Shown: positions 10,533 to 35,616 of the stretch, piece by piece
Layout: every line of letters starts with the position of its first letter
Numbering within the stretch: position 1 is the first letter of the stretch
DNA from: Chrysomallon squamiferum
Taxonomy: Eukaryota > Animalia > Mollusca
Direction: 5' to 3'
Assembly (NCBI GenBank): GCA_012295275.1
Contig: CM022670.1
Coordinates: 8,680,001 to 8,744,000 of the forward strand
DNA: 64,000 bases
Notes under the pieces: generated by a model
What the model saw: the letters and a program-made list of their open reading frames with translations, nothing else
What the model was told of the DNA's origin: nothing
Databases searched by the model: none
Made by a program: the position numbers and the translations under genes

Positions 10533-12224
10533 ATGAATAAATATGTACTGACAAAAGATGAGTATTTTATGGCTGTTGCAATTATTGCAGCACAAAGAAG
10601 TCATGATCCAGTTATTCAGGTAATTTCAAAGTTGGAATAAATCCATTCCTTTACAGATCACCAAACATGAATCATGAAAATGTTGGTAATTAAATTTTAA
10701 AATATTAGTGTGGATAAATTACCTTATTTAGTCTTTTTTTAAGACATACAAATGCATTTGATAATTCATAACCATAATAGTGGGTTGTTTTTTGTTTCAT
10801 TTTTTTTTTTTTTTTTTTTTTAAACTTTTATCTTGATAGAACAGGAATTACTGTATTAGTTTGATTCATCTGATGACCTTTTATAATATGTGCTTCAGCA
10901 TTAAGTCTGAATGATTGACACATCTTTATAGAATAATTACTTCATGGATACACAGGGGAGTTATTCATTTACGAATTTATGTCATTATATTTAAGTTGGC
11001 GCCTGCTTAGTGAATGATGCTCATATTGTTAGTACTGGTTACAATACAATGCCAAAAACATTAGAAGATAAATTTCCCTGGGTAAAGGAATCCATTAATT
11101 CCCTGAATCATAAAAATTTATTTTGTGAGTATGAGTATTTAAAGTATTTATATAAATAAGCAAGCTGAATACATTATGTGTACTGTTTCTTTTTTTCTTT
11201 TCATGAGGGTGTTTGTTGTTCTATGCACAAGCCTTTACAAATAATAAAGTGTATCAGTAAGACATACAGCTAGATATTTTTCATTATTTTATTATATCAG
11301 TGTATATAGATGTAAAAAAAAAAAAAAGTCTAAGAACCATTCTTCATACTGATTAGACACTTCTACAGTGATTTACTGAAATCTTGTAAAATTGTCTCGT
11401 TTTTTGTTTGTTTTTTTTTTGTTTTTTTTTATTTGTATTGTTATTTTGTTTTACAACCTTTTTTATTCCACTTTTTTTATTTTTTTGTTTTGATTTTGCA
11501 TCTTATTATTGTTTTTTGTTTTATTATTGAATCTTTTTTTTTTCTGTTCACTATATTTTATTTTATTATTTTCTTAAATTTATTTTATTATGATTTTATT
11601 TTAATATTGATTATTTCATTATTTGTTTTTGTTCTTTTTACTTTTTATATTATTATTTATTATTTCATTTTATTTTATTTTTTTTATATTTTATTTTCAG
11701 CATGTCATGCAGAGATGAATGCTGTAATAAATTCCGCAGGTCAAACAAAAGGATCATCTCTGTACATCACTTCATATCCCTGCAATGAATGTGCTAAAAT
11801 CATCACTCAGGCTGGTATCAAAGAAGTTGTATATATGAGTGATCACCAAGGTTACAAAGCAAAATATTGGGCAGCAAAACATATATTTGATACTGTAGAC
11901 ATTAAATGCAGGTAATAATAGACCTTAACTGAAATTAGCCTTGATGTTTTTAATTCCTGGAGGTTATAAATAAAGGTTCTGCTAGGAGAGTTCATTGAAC
12001 ATTTGAATGGAAGAGAGCTATAAATACCAAAGCATTCATCTAGCTCTCTCACAATATACTTCAGGCTAGCATTATAGATATTATTATTGTTGTACAAGTA
12101 GAAAGAAAAAAATCACAGATTTTATTAAAAATAAAATGACTGGAATCATAAGTATTAAATTTTTCATAAATTATCAAGGAAAATACTGTAAATATTAATT
12201 ATTTTATTTATTTTCTAATTGATG

Positions 12225-12259
<35 letters not shown>

Positions 12260-12318
12260 GAATTACTCATTGCAGGAAGTACACCCCAACAGGCAGAAGT
12301 TTCAAGTTCAATTTGTAA
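10533..12318 (+). CDS. DCTD: dCMP deaminase-like protein (~156 aa from this ATG; may have further upstream exons)
   Basis: Exons 10533-10619, 10995-11124, 11701-11911 and 12276-12318 give MNKYVLTKDEYFMAVAIIAAQRSHDPVIQ/VGACLVND..GYN..FPW../CHAEMNA..YPCNECAKIITQAGIKEVVY../KYTP. The Zn motifs HAE and PCxxC are intact. The exon-2 acceptor is one G short (see findings). Confidence 0.85.
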
Positions 12319-12859
12319 TCATCAGACATCTTTCATTCTTTACCCATGATTTGACTAATGTACTGTAAATCACATAATTTACTCAGTGTTACATAATTGA
12401 ATTAATTAACACACAGTAAACCACACAATGTACAGTATGTCGTAAAAATCTAAATTAGTTAAATGATACATAGCTCTGTTTTTAATATTTGTAAATTGTA
12501 AATAGATTAATTAACTGATTATTACTGTTTTAAATATTTAATTTATTGTTACACTGTTAGCAGCTGTTATCATCATTACATTATTAATTAGTGTGTTGGA
12601 TTTTAGCCAGCAAGGGGGACAAAACATTGGTGCTGTTTACTTCTACAAATTATATCAGTGGTCTGCTTTAGATAAGAGAGATGGTAGGCTCCAATACTCC
12701 TCTTCTGTCAGAATAAGTATTCTTATGTATAAATTCAATAAAATAAAGGACTTGTGTATATCAGTGGGAATTGGATTGCAGGTGTTCAAAACAGAATCAC
12801 TTTATGATCAGGAATTGCAAGTGAAATCTCTCCACTTCATGACCAGATTGATGTGTGTG

Positions 12860-13104
12860 ACATCATGAAATCTGACCACATTCTAATCAGATAAAAGTAC
12901 AGTTGAGGATACTGGACCTGCAACCATTATCTCAGAACCTGGAATCTGCTTTGGGCAGTAACAGAAGTTGTTGTCATTCACATTATCTCCAGTAGCAAAT
13001 GTTCTTTCACATGCTTTCTTTTCATGATTCTTCTTCAGTTCTGACTGTTGCTTCTGGATTTTATCCTGTAGCTTTTGGTGCAGATTCTTGTATTGGAACT
13101 TCAT
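12860..13104 (-). mobile_element. Ty3/Gypsy LTR-retrotransposon pol (post-integrase C-terminus) remnant
   Basis: ORF ..KQQSELKKNHEK..RTFATGDNV..IPG...AGPVSSTVLLSD resembles the 'K..HD...R.F..GD.V....W.PG.I...GP.SY.V.L.DG' tail of K02A2.6-like Gypsy integrases. Confidence 0.65.
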
Positions 13105-16100
13105 ATGCTCTTTTAAGATAAAATTTGTGTTAGCAACATTATTGATGTTATCATACCCAATTTGAACAGCTCACTTTGTTTTTATTGTTATAATAAAAAA
13201 TAAAATAAAATAGTAACAATAAAAAAAATAAAATAAAAATATTGACAAATTTTTATGTTTACAAATGTCTGAAAACAAACAAATAAAAAAATAAAAGATA
13301 AAGAAATTGAGCAGTGTAGCTTAATGTCAGTCCAATAAAAAATTTTTTTTTTTTTTTTTATAGATCTTTTAAGCTAATATTGACAGTGTTTAAATTGTTT
13401 TTTCTTAATCCAGTTAGTGTATATAACAAAAACTTCAAACATGGTATATAAGGTTTTTTTTTCATTTTAATTTAAAAAAAAAAAACTATGTTTAATCTTT
13501 GGCTATGTCCATGAAATTGATATATGTGTACACTATTTATAGTGTATCACAGACATGTATACAGTTTGTAGCCTAGCACTAGAAGCAGACCAGTTAATGT
13601 GTACTGAGCACTGTAATGTTGAGGAATTTCAATGGTCATTTATCAGAATTCATGTTTGTTAAAATGTAATGTCTTTATAATTAAAAAAAAATAAAAAAAA
13701 AAAGAAAACTATTAAATGATCTCTTTTTTGTCTTTATGTGCAATTGATAAAATAAGTGTTAATAAATTAGTTATAAAATGGTATTAAATTAGCAATAAAT
13801 TGTAGTTTTGAGGGCAAATCAGGTTATGAACCAATTTTGCTGCATATATAATATTAGATAAAATAATGTTTTCTTTGACAATGTTCTATTTATAAATACT
13901 AATTTATTTTTAAATAATAATAATTATTATTAGAATTTGTGTGTTTAAATTCTAACAAAAGATAGTATATGTTGTTTGATGTTCAAAAAATAAAAATAAA
14001 GCAATAAATATAAGTTTAAGTTTACCCCATTCTCATTTTTAAATCATAACTTGAGTAATACACATATTTATCAAGTTCATCTCCAAAACAAAAGACAATA
14101 TAATTAAATATGTTTTTTATTTATTTCTATAAAAATGTTCCATGATAAAAATAGTAATAAAGATATGATCATAATTATGTACAGCAATTCTGTTCAAAGT
14201 ATGAAAAAAAACACCTTATAATAAAGTGATATAAAATTCAATATAATATTGTTTGAATTGGAATGTTATGTTGTATGAAATAAAACAATAGGAATAAAAA
14301 CATTTAAAACATTGTTCTTAAAACTGGAATATTGAGAAAAAGCCTAATAAATTTCATGAGATAATAATTTAAAAAGACTATTTACAGACAGTAAATGTAA
14401 AGTGTACTTACTTATTCCTTTTAAGCTTTACATATTTAAAATCAATTTTATTGTTTCATAATAATTTATTTTTCTACCTGAAAAAGCAGCACAAGTTTCT
14501 TTTTCATAACACATTGAAAATAAATTTCCAGTCAGTTTTAAACAATTCTGAATTCACACTCTTGAATAAAATTATATCTAAACTGATTGTTAATTAACAG
14601 TTTTGTAAAAGAGGTTTATTTATTAGGAAATTAACTTCTATTCCAGCAAAGAGTGACTGATCAAGGAATGAAATTTTAAAAAGAAACAAAACTGATGTGG
14701 TTTTTAATTAATGAAAATTAGTTTCTTATGAATATCCCACAATATTATTGTAACAAAAATAAATAAAACAATAAACAAAAAAATAGTGATTAAAGAAAAT
14801 TGAAAAATAAAGCAAACATTCATGTTTTAGAAAAAGTCTTATCTATTCTTTTAATGTAATTGTATGATGGTTTTAAGGACACTTTGATATCTACATTTTG
14901 ACAGTCTGGACATTTCTTTTACTACAGCTCCTGTACAAAAACTATGACTATCACTACATTTATTAAACGAGGTGTATGGATAGCTGGCCCCATCAAATGT
15001 TACACCACAAATGTGCCAAGAATTTTATATATAGCAAAAAAAAATCAAACTCTTCGGTCTACAGAAAGTGAAAACTAAATATTTTTGATATATTATTAAT
15101 GAAGGAAGGATGTTGGTGCATGTTTTGTATTTAATGATTCAGTCAACAATTTATTTACTTGGTCTCAGATGTGGTAATGCATTATAAAATTATATTTAGC
15201 AACAACAGAATATGAAACAGATAACTAAACCTGCACATTGGGTATATATATAAGAAAAAGTTGTCTATTTTGTAATCAATTTGTTGGGTTAAACTTGGAC
15301 TGGTTTATTCAAAGGGAAATTGAAGGCAAGTGGTGGTTCACAACTTACTTTACACTAGTTATTGATATCAAAATGCAAAAGAAACATGCAGATTAAATGT
15401 TCTAAATATATATATATATATATATATTGTGTATATACATTAAAAATATTTCTTACAAATGCCAGATAGTAACTAAGCAAGCAGCTGTAGAATCTGGTAC
15501 ATTTTAATTGTTAAATTATTATAAAAACAGGAATTTAAGATATATTATCCTTTAGATCTAAAGCACATAAACAATCATTTAAATCTGAATCTTGATCGGC
15601 TTTTATTAGTTACTTCCCTTCAATGTTGTACAAAATGCTTCATGTTCAGAATTTTAATTATTCAAAAATTCATTCTGTTTGAGGAATGTTTTAAATTTGT
15701 AACATAATAACAAATAATAAACACATATGACTAGCACTATGTGCAGATGAATATATTTGAGTTGTTTTGGTGGTTTTTTTGGAAACTGATGCTTAGATTT
15801 CATCCAGATACTACTCCCCACATCAAGTAACAGAAATTCTGCTTTTAATAACCAGTATATTCTTTTAATGATCCAAAACATTAGTTTTGTATTTTTTATT
15901 TATTTATTTATTCTATTTTAGTTGGGGTTTTTAATATATGAGGGTTTATGTTTTGTTTTCATTTATTACTTATTTATTCATTTATCTTTTTTTTTAAAAT
16001 TGGAAGTTCCATTCAAATACCATTCATTATCCATCATTTAACAGAAACAAAATGAATTTACCACAAAAATACTGGACCCACTTTGAGGAGGTTTTGGATT

Positions 16101-16149
16101 TTTTTTCATTCTGAAGTCATATATTATTCAAAGTAATGCAGACTCTTTT

Positions 16150-19100
16150 TCAAGCATATGAATGGTTGTACTTTTTGTTGTCTGAAAATCTCAACTCATG
16201 AGCCATCTCATCTTCCATTTCTTCAGAACGTGCGTACAGGACAACCATGAAGAGTATCTGAAAATATAAAATAAGGAAAGTTTTTTTTGTTGTTTATTTT
16301 CACTTATAATTACATTTTGTTCATATGTAAGTTATTCATAATTAACATTATAATATCCACATAACATCTGGTTGCATGAACAATTAATCTAAATATATAT
16401 TCTATACTCAGCAGCATCTCTTACACACCAGTCTTTGACAACACTAAAATATCAAATCAAATTTCTCAAGAGCTATGGAAAGTAGCTCAAGATATAAAGA
16501 CACTGACATATTTATAGAAGAAACAATGATTTATTACAACTTTAATGTACAAATGATCACAAAAATGAGAAAAATAGGAGCACATTCTACATTAGTTACT
16601 GTTGTATAGTTAACAAAAACTGTGCCAAATAAATTTGTTTCTTTTTTTCTCTACTGCATGTACACAATAAGTGACAGCATGATTATGATATATTATAACT
16701 GAAATATAAATTGTGTAACTTACATATATAACAGTCTTGACCAACCAGTAAAGCCACAGGAACACCACATATGCCAGTCTCTGTTAAACAAGTAAACATT
16801 ATTAAATTTATATCTTAGTAGATAATTGTGAACTAATTTCACAGAACCATACTTAAATATTATGGTTATGAAAAGCTGGTTTGCAAATCATTCCTAACTG
16901 TGTATGAGAAACTGTCATTTTCTTAATATTTGTTTTAAATGTTTTTAAACAGCCTATGAATATAAATAACTTATGAATTTATGTGGTTTTTCTTTTCCTT
17001 CAATAAAATGAACTGGCAAATATCTCATCTGGCAATATTTGTTTTACCGGTTCTGATTTTAATCTCAACGGACAAATTATAGATGCTGTATATTTATCAT
17101 TACTAGCTATTAAATGAAAATTAAAATATGCAAGTAAAAAAAATATTTATCTTTTATTTAAACAGCAACACATTAAAAATAACTTACAAATGTGTTTTTG
17201 CCAAAAAATGAGAACTCAAAGACAGAGAAGCAGAACTCAACGAAAACGTATGTCATGAAGACGTAGATGTAATTCGTTAACAAACTCATGTACATGATGA
17301 AGTGCTGAAAGTAAATAAATAAAACTGTCAATAATTTATATCCATTAGCAGTGTAATATGATGTCCTGAACTAACTTGAAAATAATTTCTATAATTTTTT
17401 TTTTAGTAATATCTGATACTGATACGATTTTTGAGATTTGTTTTTCCAAGTTAGTTTAGTATATTATTTTATAATGCATTCTGGTAGAAATTGTTCATTA
17501 TTTTATTTCTATCAGAACCCTAGATCAAATGTCATCAGACTGAAATCTTTGGGTAGATTTTTGAAAAGAGATATTTCTGGGGGAGTATTATTATTATTTT
17601 TTTTTTTTTTTTTTTTTGGCTTCATTCATTTACTGATACAGTACATTTATGCACTTAGTAATAGTTATGTATTAATAAATAATATAAACAATCATTTTAC
17701 AGGATAATAATCTTGCACTTACTCTTCTCTTAACCTGCATTGTCATGTACACAGAGAAAAAAATGAAAAAAATGTGCAGGATAGCAAGCACAATGTCACA
17801 GGCCAAAAATGCTGAAATGAATAAAATGAAAGTATTAGGATTGTGTGAATGCAAGATTGTTTTATTAACATTAAGTTGTTTTATATTAACATGAATATCT
17901 TTATCTTTACTTTGAAAACTGTTAGCAGTGCTATACATCTTTAAAAAATTATAAACAGAATACTGGAGAATATTAACTTTAATATATTTACTATTATTTG
18001 TCCATATGAATTTTTGTTTTCACTATTTTATATATATATAAAAATAAAATAAAATAAAATAAAAAAAACACTAACTCTGATTATTTTTATCCACATTTAT
18101 ACTGGATCTTTTTTTTTTTTTAATATAATAGGCATCAAAATAAATAAACAAATCATTTAATAAATGAGTTATGTATTAATTTTGACACAAGCCCTTTGCA
18201 CACATTTTAACATAATAGGTTCATCAAATATTTATTATCCTTGTTTTAGATGTTTTTGTTGTCATTTTATTTCTTTAAAAATGATCTTATTTCATCTAGA
18301 ATATTACATCCACAATAGTTATTCTCCCCTTTTTTAAAACAGACTGGCCCCTGCCAACAACCCTCTGGCAAAATCACTCTAACTGACCTTCCCATTGATG
18401 TGATTTCCATGGTGTGCGAAAACTCATGCTGATTTCAAAATCAGTGCCAAAAGCTATTATGTCCAGTAGTCTCAACAGAAAGGCAAAACTAGCTGTCACC
18501 TGAAAAAAAAATAGAAAAAGAAAATGCAAACAAACCCATAATAATTTATATATCACCTTCTAAGTTGTAAAATGTGATGGCCAAATTAAGTCAATTTCAT
18601 TGTGAAGGATGAATCCACAATAAAGATTTCAGTATGTTTCTCAAAAATGAATGTATTGTTGTTGGGTGTTTTTTTTTTGGTTGACATGATCAATACTTCT
18701 AATTAGATCTATATACTTATTTCCTGTTCCAACCTATGCTCTTTAAAAGATGTAACAAATGTATCTTTTAACAAAATGAGGATTTATACATCAGGCCAGT
18801 AATCAGTTATAACATACTATTTAAAAATGACCAGTTTCTCTCAGATTTATCAGTTAATTACAAATAATAATAATAATAATAATAACGATAAATGATATTA
18901 ATTTATCTACTAATAAATAACTTTATTATTTTCTTTTTGTCATGGAAACAAATTACTTGGTTCTCTGGGAAGAATGTCAATAAGCGTTCTATAAAAATGT
19001 AATACTAATAGTAGTAGCAGTAGTAGTAATGGATAACAAATAAAATCTTAAGTTTAACATATTCTTCACAATTCATTGTGAAAGAACACTGTTAATCTAG

Positions 19101-19564
19101 TTTGTTTTTCCAATGATTGAATAACACCGTCTTATGCTGTAAATAAACATTTTCTATAACTCATTAACTGCATGATGTTTCATTTGATGGGTTATGATCA
19201 TATTTTATTATTTATGATATTTTGAAGCTTTCAGTCTAGCTTTGGTTTCGTTATTTCGTTGTGTACAACAGTTTGTTATAAATGGATAACTTTGGAAAAT
19301 ATTAATTCACGATCACAGAATGACTTTGATTACTGAATATAATTAAAATGTTTAAAATTAAGTTAATAATTCAATCACTGAATGCGAAAGTTTCTAAGTA
19401 GGTCATCAATTTGAATAATAATGTCGCACAAGCCAACAGGTAAGTTATTTTTGTGTGTGTCTTTGACGCTGTTTTCAGTTTTAATTACTTACCACAACTG
19501 TTTGGAAGCCGACTTCGCTTGCTGTTCGAAGTCGCCAACACAGAAATTTTCTCAAAATCGCCAT
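16150..19564 (-). CDS. Uncharacterised four-pass membrane protein, 184 aa (LAPTM/DUF4728-like architecture)
   Basis: GT-AG exons 19564-19493, 18499-18388, 17811-17723, 17304-17188, 16780-16724 and 16257-16150 total 555 nt with consistent phases. Protein: MAILRKFLCWRLRTASEVGFQTVVVTASFAFLLRLLDIIAF...WEAFLACDIVLAILHIFFIFFSVYM...YIYVFMTYVFVEFCFSVFEF...LAYVVFLWLYWLVKTVIYILFMVVLYARSEEMEDEMAHELRFSDNKKYNHSYA*. Confidence 0.88.
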
Positions 19565-20723
19565 ATTTCTGGTTTGTTTCCTTTTCGCACCTGTCAATGG
19601 CGCCCTTCCGGTTTACCTGTGTAAAGGGGAGAATAATTCAACGGGTATATAATTTTGTTTTAAATTAAGATAACATAATTTAAGCTTATCATTCTCCCAC
19701 AGGTGTTCACGGTATCACGATTACTCCTCTATAATACACATTAAAATTTAAACTGTCAAAGTTAAAAATTACGGACTGTACATTATTTAATTGCAATAAT
19801 AATATCTCCCTTGATGGTCATTTCAAAGGAATGTATACTGTTTAGTCTACTTTAGTTTTATTGTTATTGTTTTATTATTTTATCTTTTTCGTTTTCATTC
19901 TTTAGCTTTATTTTTATAAAATTTACGTTAAGAATGTTTTTCGTAACTGTCTTTTTTGCATACACCCTCACATATTATGTGGCCTATGTTTAGTATGTTT
20001 AATATGCGATATGATCTGTATACGTATATGATTCATACATTTAAACTGACAGGAGTTTAGAAGTTTATCAGGAATGGGGCTTGTCAAAAGAAGCAGGGGT
20101 GAATTATAATATCAGACTGAATATTTAGGAAATCAAATTTAATATGGTATAAATTTCAACTAAATTATCATGAAAATAAGTATAAACCTGCTTGTCTATC
20201 TTACAAATGAATTATACACGTTCATATGCATATAAAATAAATGAATAAATAAGTAAAATAAATAATGCACTGTAAACTGATAATAGATTACGTACACACA
20301 CTGATACCAACAGTCAACTGATTGATCAATGAATATTCTTACTCCGAATGAATGTAAGTTTAATTACTTCTCCAGCGTAATATTAAACGTTGTTAGGTGT
20401 CAAACATGCGGTTATTTAGTAACCCTCTGGGATTTTCTTTTCAGATCAGCAACACGGATTCTTCTGTATGCATGTATGCTCAATAATCGTTGATAAAATC
20501 ATTCGTAGATTTGTATGGTTGGAATGTTAAATATCGCTTAGGAGATTTGATCCTGCAGCCTACCATTCCTTAGTTTAATATGCAGATTGACAGATAGTTA
20601 GATAGACATATATAGACTCATATGTAGGTGTGTGTATATGTTGTATATGTATGTATATGTGTATATGAATATATGCACGTACATGTACATATATATGTAT
20701 ATCTATACGTGTATAAAACACAC

Positions 20724-20760
<37 letters not shown>

Positions 20761-21353
20761 ATAACTATAATCTATCTATCTATCTATCTAGATATATATA
20801 TATATATATGTATGTATGTACATACACAAACATGTAAACAATACTTAATCATATCCCACACCTTTCTTCAGCAAAAAATTTAGAGTAAACATATTTCATG
20901 TATGTTGATATTATGCTCGTCTTATATTTCTACAGACGCAAATACGCTTGCACCCTAAACGAAACATTCATCTCACAGTTCAAACATTACAGGCGTTCCA
21001 CACCAGTTATTATTAAATATAATACACTTTTTTATTTCTTCCTTGTTATCAGTCAGGAGCGTATCCAGGGCGAGGGGCATTGTGTTTGCTAACCGATGTT
21101 GCTGTTGCTGTTGTTATTGTTTTATTATTATTATTATCATTCATATAGTTGTTGTTTTTTAAAGTTTATTCTTTACTGTTTATTGGCTTTAAGCCTTTCG
21201 GCTCATTAGTTTATAATTTATATAAATAATAATAATAATAATAATAATAATAAAGTAACATAAACAGGTGACAAGTGATGCAAGAAGTGGAGGATAAACA
21301 GTTATATATACTGACAGCGAATGTTTAAGGCATTTTTAAGATATTTACCAGTA

Positions 21354-21563
21354 TTATAGAATTCTGCACGAGTTTAAATACTGATGATTTGTACCAGTAT
21401 TATTTGTTTTAATACATAACAATAGCAAATTCACATACAAAGGACATTTTAAAATAAAATGTTTGTCATATTCAACAGTAACAGCGCAAACACTTTTCAA
21501 AATTTCTGTTGAATAACAACCTGGCAGATTCATTCTAATATAATATAGTACATACCGCAACAA
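21354..21563 (-). mobile_element. Decayed non-LTR retrotransposon (LINE) ORF2 C-terminal fragment
   Basis: ..CAVTVEYDKHFILKCPLY.. resembles the CxxC..EDExHFxLxCPxY zinc-knuckle at LINE 3' ends. Confidence 0.5.
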
Positions 21564-23160
21564 AATTGAATGTATTTAATACCTGTATGGATTGCATATA
21601 GGAGATTATTCCAGTTTGTGTCTTTTTGTTTAATAAAAACATCTTTTTACAGCATTTGCATGTTTTAAGAATAGTTAATTACTAATTATATATTGATTAT
21701 ACCAAACAAGTTCAAAGCATAGTAAAATAAAAGTGAATTTTAAACATTATAAAGCTAATCAGAGTTGTTTGTGATATTCTGTGCTGTTAGCAAGGCTGTC
21801 CAATTATATTTTTTCTAGATGTTTACCTCTGGATCAAATTTTTGTCTGTTTGTTTATTTGTTTTATCAATATTGTTATTATTATTGTTAATCACGAAACT
21901 TTTGTTTTGCCAGATTTGCTTAATTAATAACAGAATTTGTTTTGGGTTTGGTTTCAAACAGGTTTGATTGCGATAACGGGCATTTGGAAAAACAGCACAT
22001 GCTGTCTTATTACAAACTTGTTATTTATTTATTCAGTTATTGTTATTATTTATTTATTTATTTATTTATTATTTTTTATTTTTTTTTTTTTTTTTTATTA
22101 TTTATTCTTTTATTTTTTTATTTTTTTTTTTTAACTTTCTAGACTTAGTATTGACATTCATAAAAGTCAGGTTATTGATGCAGATTGTTTGCAATGATTT
22201 GTTTTGGATGTTTCCACAACAGTCACACAACAGGCGTTGTTTGGTGTATTGTTCGGAAAGAAATAGCAGGAAAGTTTAACAAACAGATGACGTAGAGTGT
22301 TTATTTCAGCTCAGTGAAAGACCTTTTGCAAGAGTCAATCTTTAGAATATTAAAAGTCATGATTTACGAGGATCATTATTATTATTTTTTTTTTTCCTTT
22401 CCATTTTAGGAAATAATTAAAAAAAAAAAAAGTTACAATCAGTAAGTGTAGACTGTAAAACGGTTCGTTTTTCAAAAATTTTAAGCAACTCATGTATTAA
22501 CTGTTAATAAAAAATTACAGTTAAAGAAGTCTTCATTCATTCCAAGCAGACGTTACTACTATCATTCAGAGAAAATAAAACAAGAACTGGTGTTAGTGTA
22601 AGTACTGATGTCACTGTGTCTGCGTTCTGATTTCAAGATTTATTAGCAACAATACAGATATATGAAATACAGCTTACGGCATTAATGTTATACATTACAA
22701 CAGTGTTTGAGTTCGATCGAATCAGTTTCGCATTATTCAGCACTGCATGAGATCGAATCAAATAAAACAAATATCTAGTAGCAGAAATATAATTTTCAGT
22801 GCAAAAAGTGCATACACATATAAATTCGTAAATGCGTGGACATTCTAGTTTATATAAAAACTACATAGTGATGAATATTATTCTGAATTTGCATCTGTGC
22901 CTGTCTATATCAATATTTTTCTGTCTGTCTTCCTATCTATATGTTCTGTGTCTGTCTATATAGATACCTAGCTGTCTTCTGCATGTTTTCTTTCGGTTGC
23001 AATAAATGCATCCATTTGTGTATGGTTCTGTTTGTCTGTTTATCCTTGTATCTTTCTGTAAGTCTATGTGTCTCGCTATCTGCCTTTTATCTATTGTTCT
23101 GCCTGTCTTTTTTCGGTTTATCTTTTATCTGTCTATTTGTCGATTTATCTATCGTTTAGA

Positions 23161-23163
<3 letters not shown>

Positions 23164-23230
<67 letters not shown>
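23164..23230. repeat. (CT)n microsatellite
   Basis: Direct observation. Confidence 0.95.
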
Positions 23231-23234
<4 letters not shown>

Positions 23235-23931
23235 TGTTGTTCGCCTATCAAACCGCGTGTTAAAACAAAGTTACTAATCAGAACGCAACGCCTACTACAG
23301 CTCTGTTCAGTGAACGTACTGGAAGACTGACTTCCAGTTTGCTGTCACGCAGTTCGGGTTTAGTTAATTCTTACACTAAGACAAAGTATAAAGAAGGGAT
23401 AAAAGTACTTAATAGCGGATCTACTTATTTCGGCTACTTGCCTTCATACATTGCCTTTCACACAGTCTATTATGATTATTATAATTATTATTACTATTAT
23501 TAAATCGGTTATGTGTTAACAACAGGGTATACACAGTCCTCGTCAAAAAAAAAGATGATGGGTGAGAAGAAAAAAGAAGAAGAAAAAAAAGATATCAGTC
23601 GTTATCAACCAAAGTGTTTGAGTCAACATTTTGCCGGATATTATTACATTTTATCCCAGTATGTTATGATTCGGCTATGGTCACTGTTTTGTAATAGCTG
23701 GTATGAACAATGACATATCTGTGTACGAGGCGGCATCAATTAGTTCCCTGTCACCTTGACGACACAAAACAATGGATAAACATTGAAACGAGCGCTGTTA
23801 CGAATCGTGCAGTAAATCAAGCATTTAGCTGGCCGAGAGCAGACGACAACATCAGCGGTAGCTGCTTATCCAACGGGGAAAAAAAGAAGAGAATTTTTTT
23901 TTTTTTAATAGGAAAACTCTTTTTATTAGAT

Positions 23932-33956
<10,025 letters not shown>

Positions 33957-34216
33957 CGAGTTGCTGGTTTTAACCTATCAAAAGGTGAGCACAGTCGTGT
34001 TCATAATGTTTTGTAAGATACACAAAATGTATTTCATAGTCTTTATTATTCATAGGATGTATCTAGAGTAAATTCCCTTCGAAAATATCGAAACTTACAG
34101 CGTTATACATAAACATGAATATATTAACATTAAGCCACAACAACGACAACGATAATAATAACAGCAGTAGTAGTAATGTGCGTGATCCTTAGACTTCACA
34201 TATTTTCTCTTTCTGT

Positions 34217-34256
<40 letters not shown>

Positions 34257-34878
34257 GATGATTTATATTGTAACGTTGGTGATATCAGTGCAAAAAATTA
34301 ACAAATTTATTTCTTAAATAAAATTTATGGCAAGAGGATATTACTTGCACATTGAATTATAATGACATTTACTTTCAGATGGTTGAGGCCCAACAACGGA
34401 TTTTGCAAACTGAGGCGCTGACTGTGATAAAGACTCTAAATTATTCTCAACAGATTGCTTTTTTGGGTATATGATCAGGAAAGAGTATAATTCTCTTTAC
34501 TGTTCATAGTATTTAAATTCATCCGTCCACTTGCTCTGAAACTGTAATAAAATACGTTTCTTGTTTTATTGCTTTTATTACTGTCAGTATTTTGTGTTCA
34601 CATTTACAGTCAAATTTTGTTATTTCCGTTGCTCTCTTTATTTCGTGACGTGTCGCTTTTGAAGTGACAAAATATAATATTTTCAATACATCGCTATTTA
34701 GTAATCAGTATTTTTTGCTAGAGTATTTACCTTTTTTTTGAGTGCGTGCATAAATGTCTCTAAGAGAAAAGGAAGGATAAATAATGAATGAATGAAATAT
34801 TCCATGTATTCATAAAACAGTTCATGCCTATATATTTGTATAATTGTGCATGTTTGCATGTTAATGTTTGTGTGTATC

Positions 34879-34985
<107 letters not shown>

Positions 34986-35359
34986 ATGACAATAAATAAA
35001 TAACATCTAGACCTGAAACTGCCAAATTTGTTTCTTCTTCTCTGCTAATTAAATTATAACAACAAATTAAAGAACATTTTCGATATTCTGCTTTGCTATG
35101 CAAATAAAAACTTAGAGCAGTATCCACTTCAGTTCTATTCTGTGTACAAATGTTTGACAACGATTTAATGAAATTTGACTGTATTTGTTAAACATTTCCC
35201 GTCTGATGTAATCTTGTAAAACATAATAATAAATGTACTAATACTGAATCAGGCTGTTTGTTGTTAATGGTTGAAAAGATAATATTTATGTCATTATAAT
35301 TCTGTTTTATTAAACTGTTGATTTGTTGGGGGGGGGTTATTGGGGTTTTTTAATGGGTT

Positions 35360-35391
<32 letters not shown>

Positions 35392-35583
35392 TTTATTTAT
35401 TTATTTTCGTTCTCGAGCAAGATGAAGCAGATTTACAAGAATGAGATCGTTATCGATTTGTTTATTTCTTTATTATTATCTTCATCATCATTATCCTTAG
35501 TAGTAGCATTGAAATTATTTATTTATTTCATTTTTTTGTTTTGTTATTTATTTATTATTACTTTTGTTATAATGATGATGATA

Positions 35584-35616
<33 letters not shown>

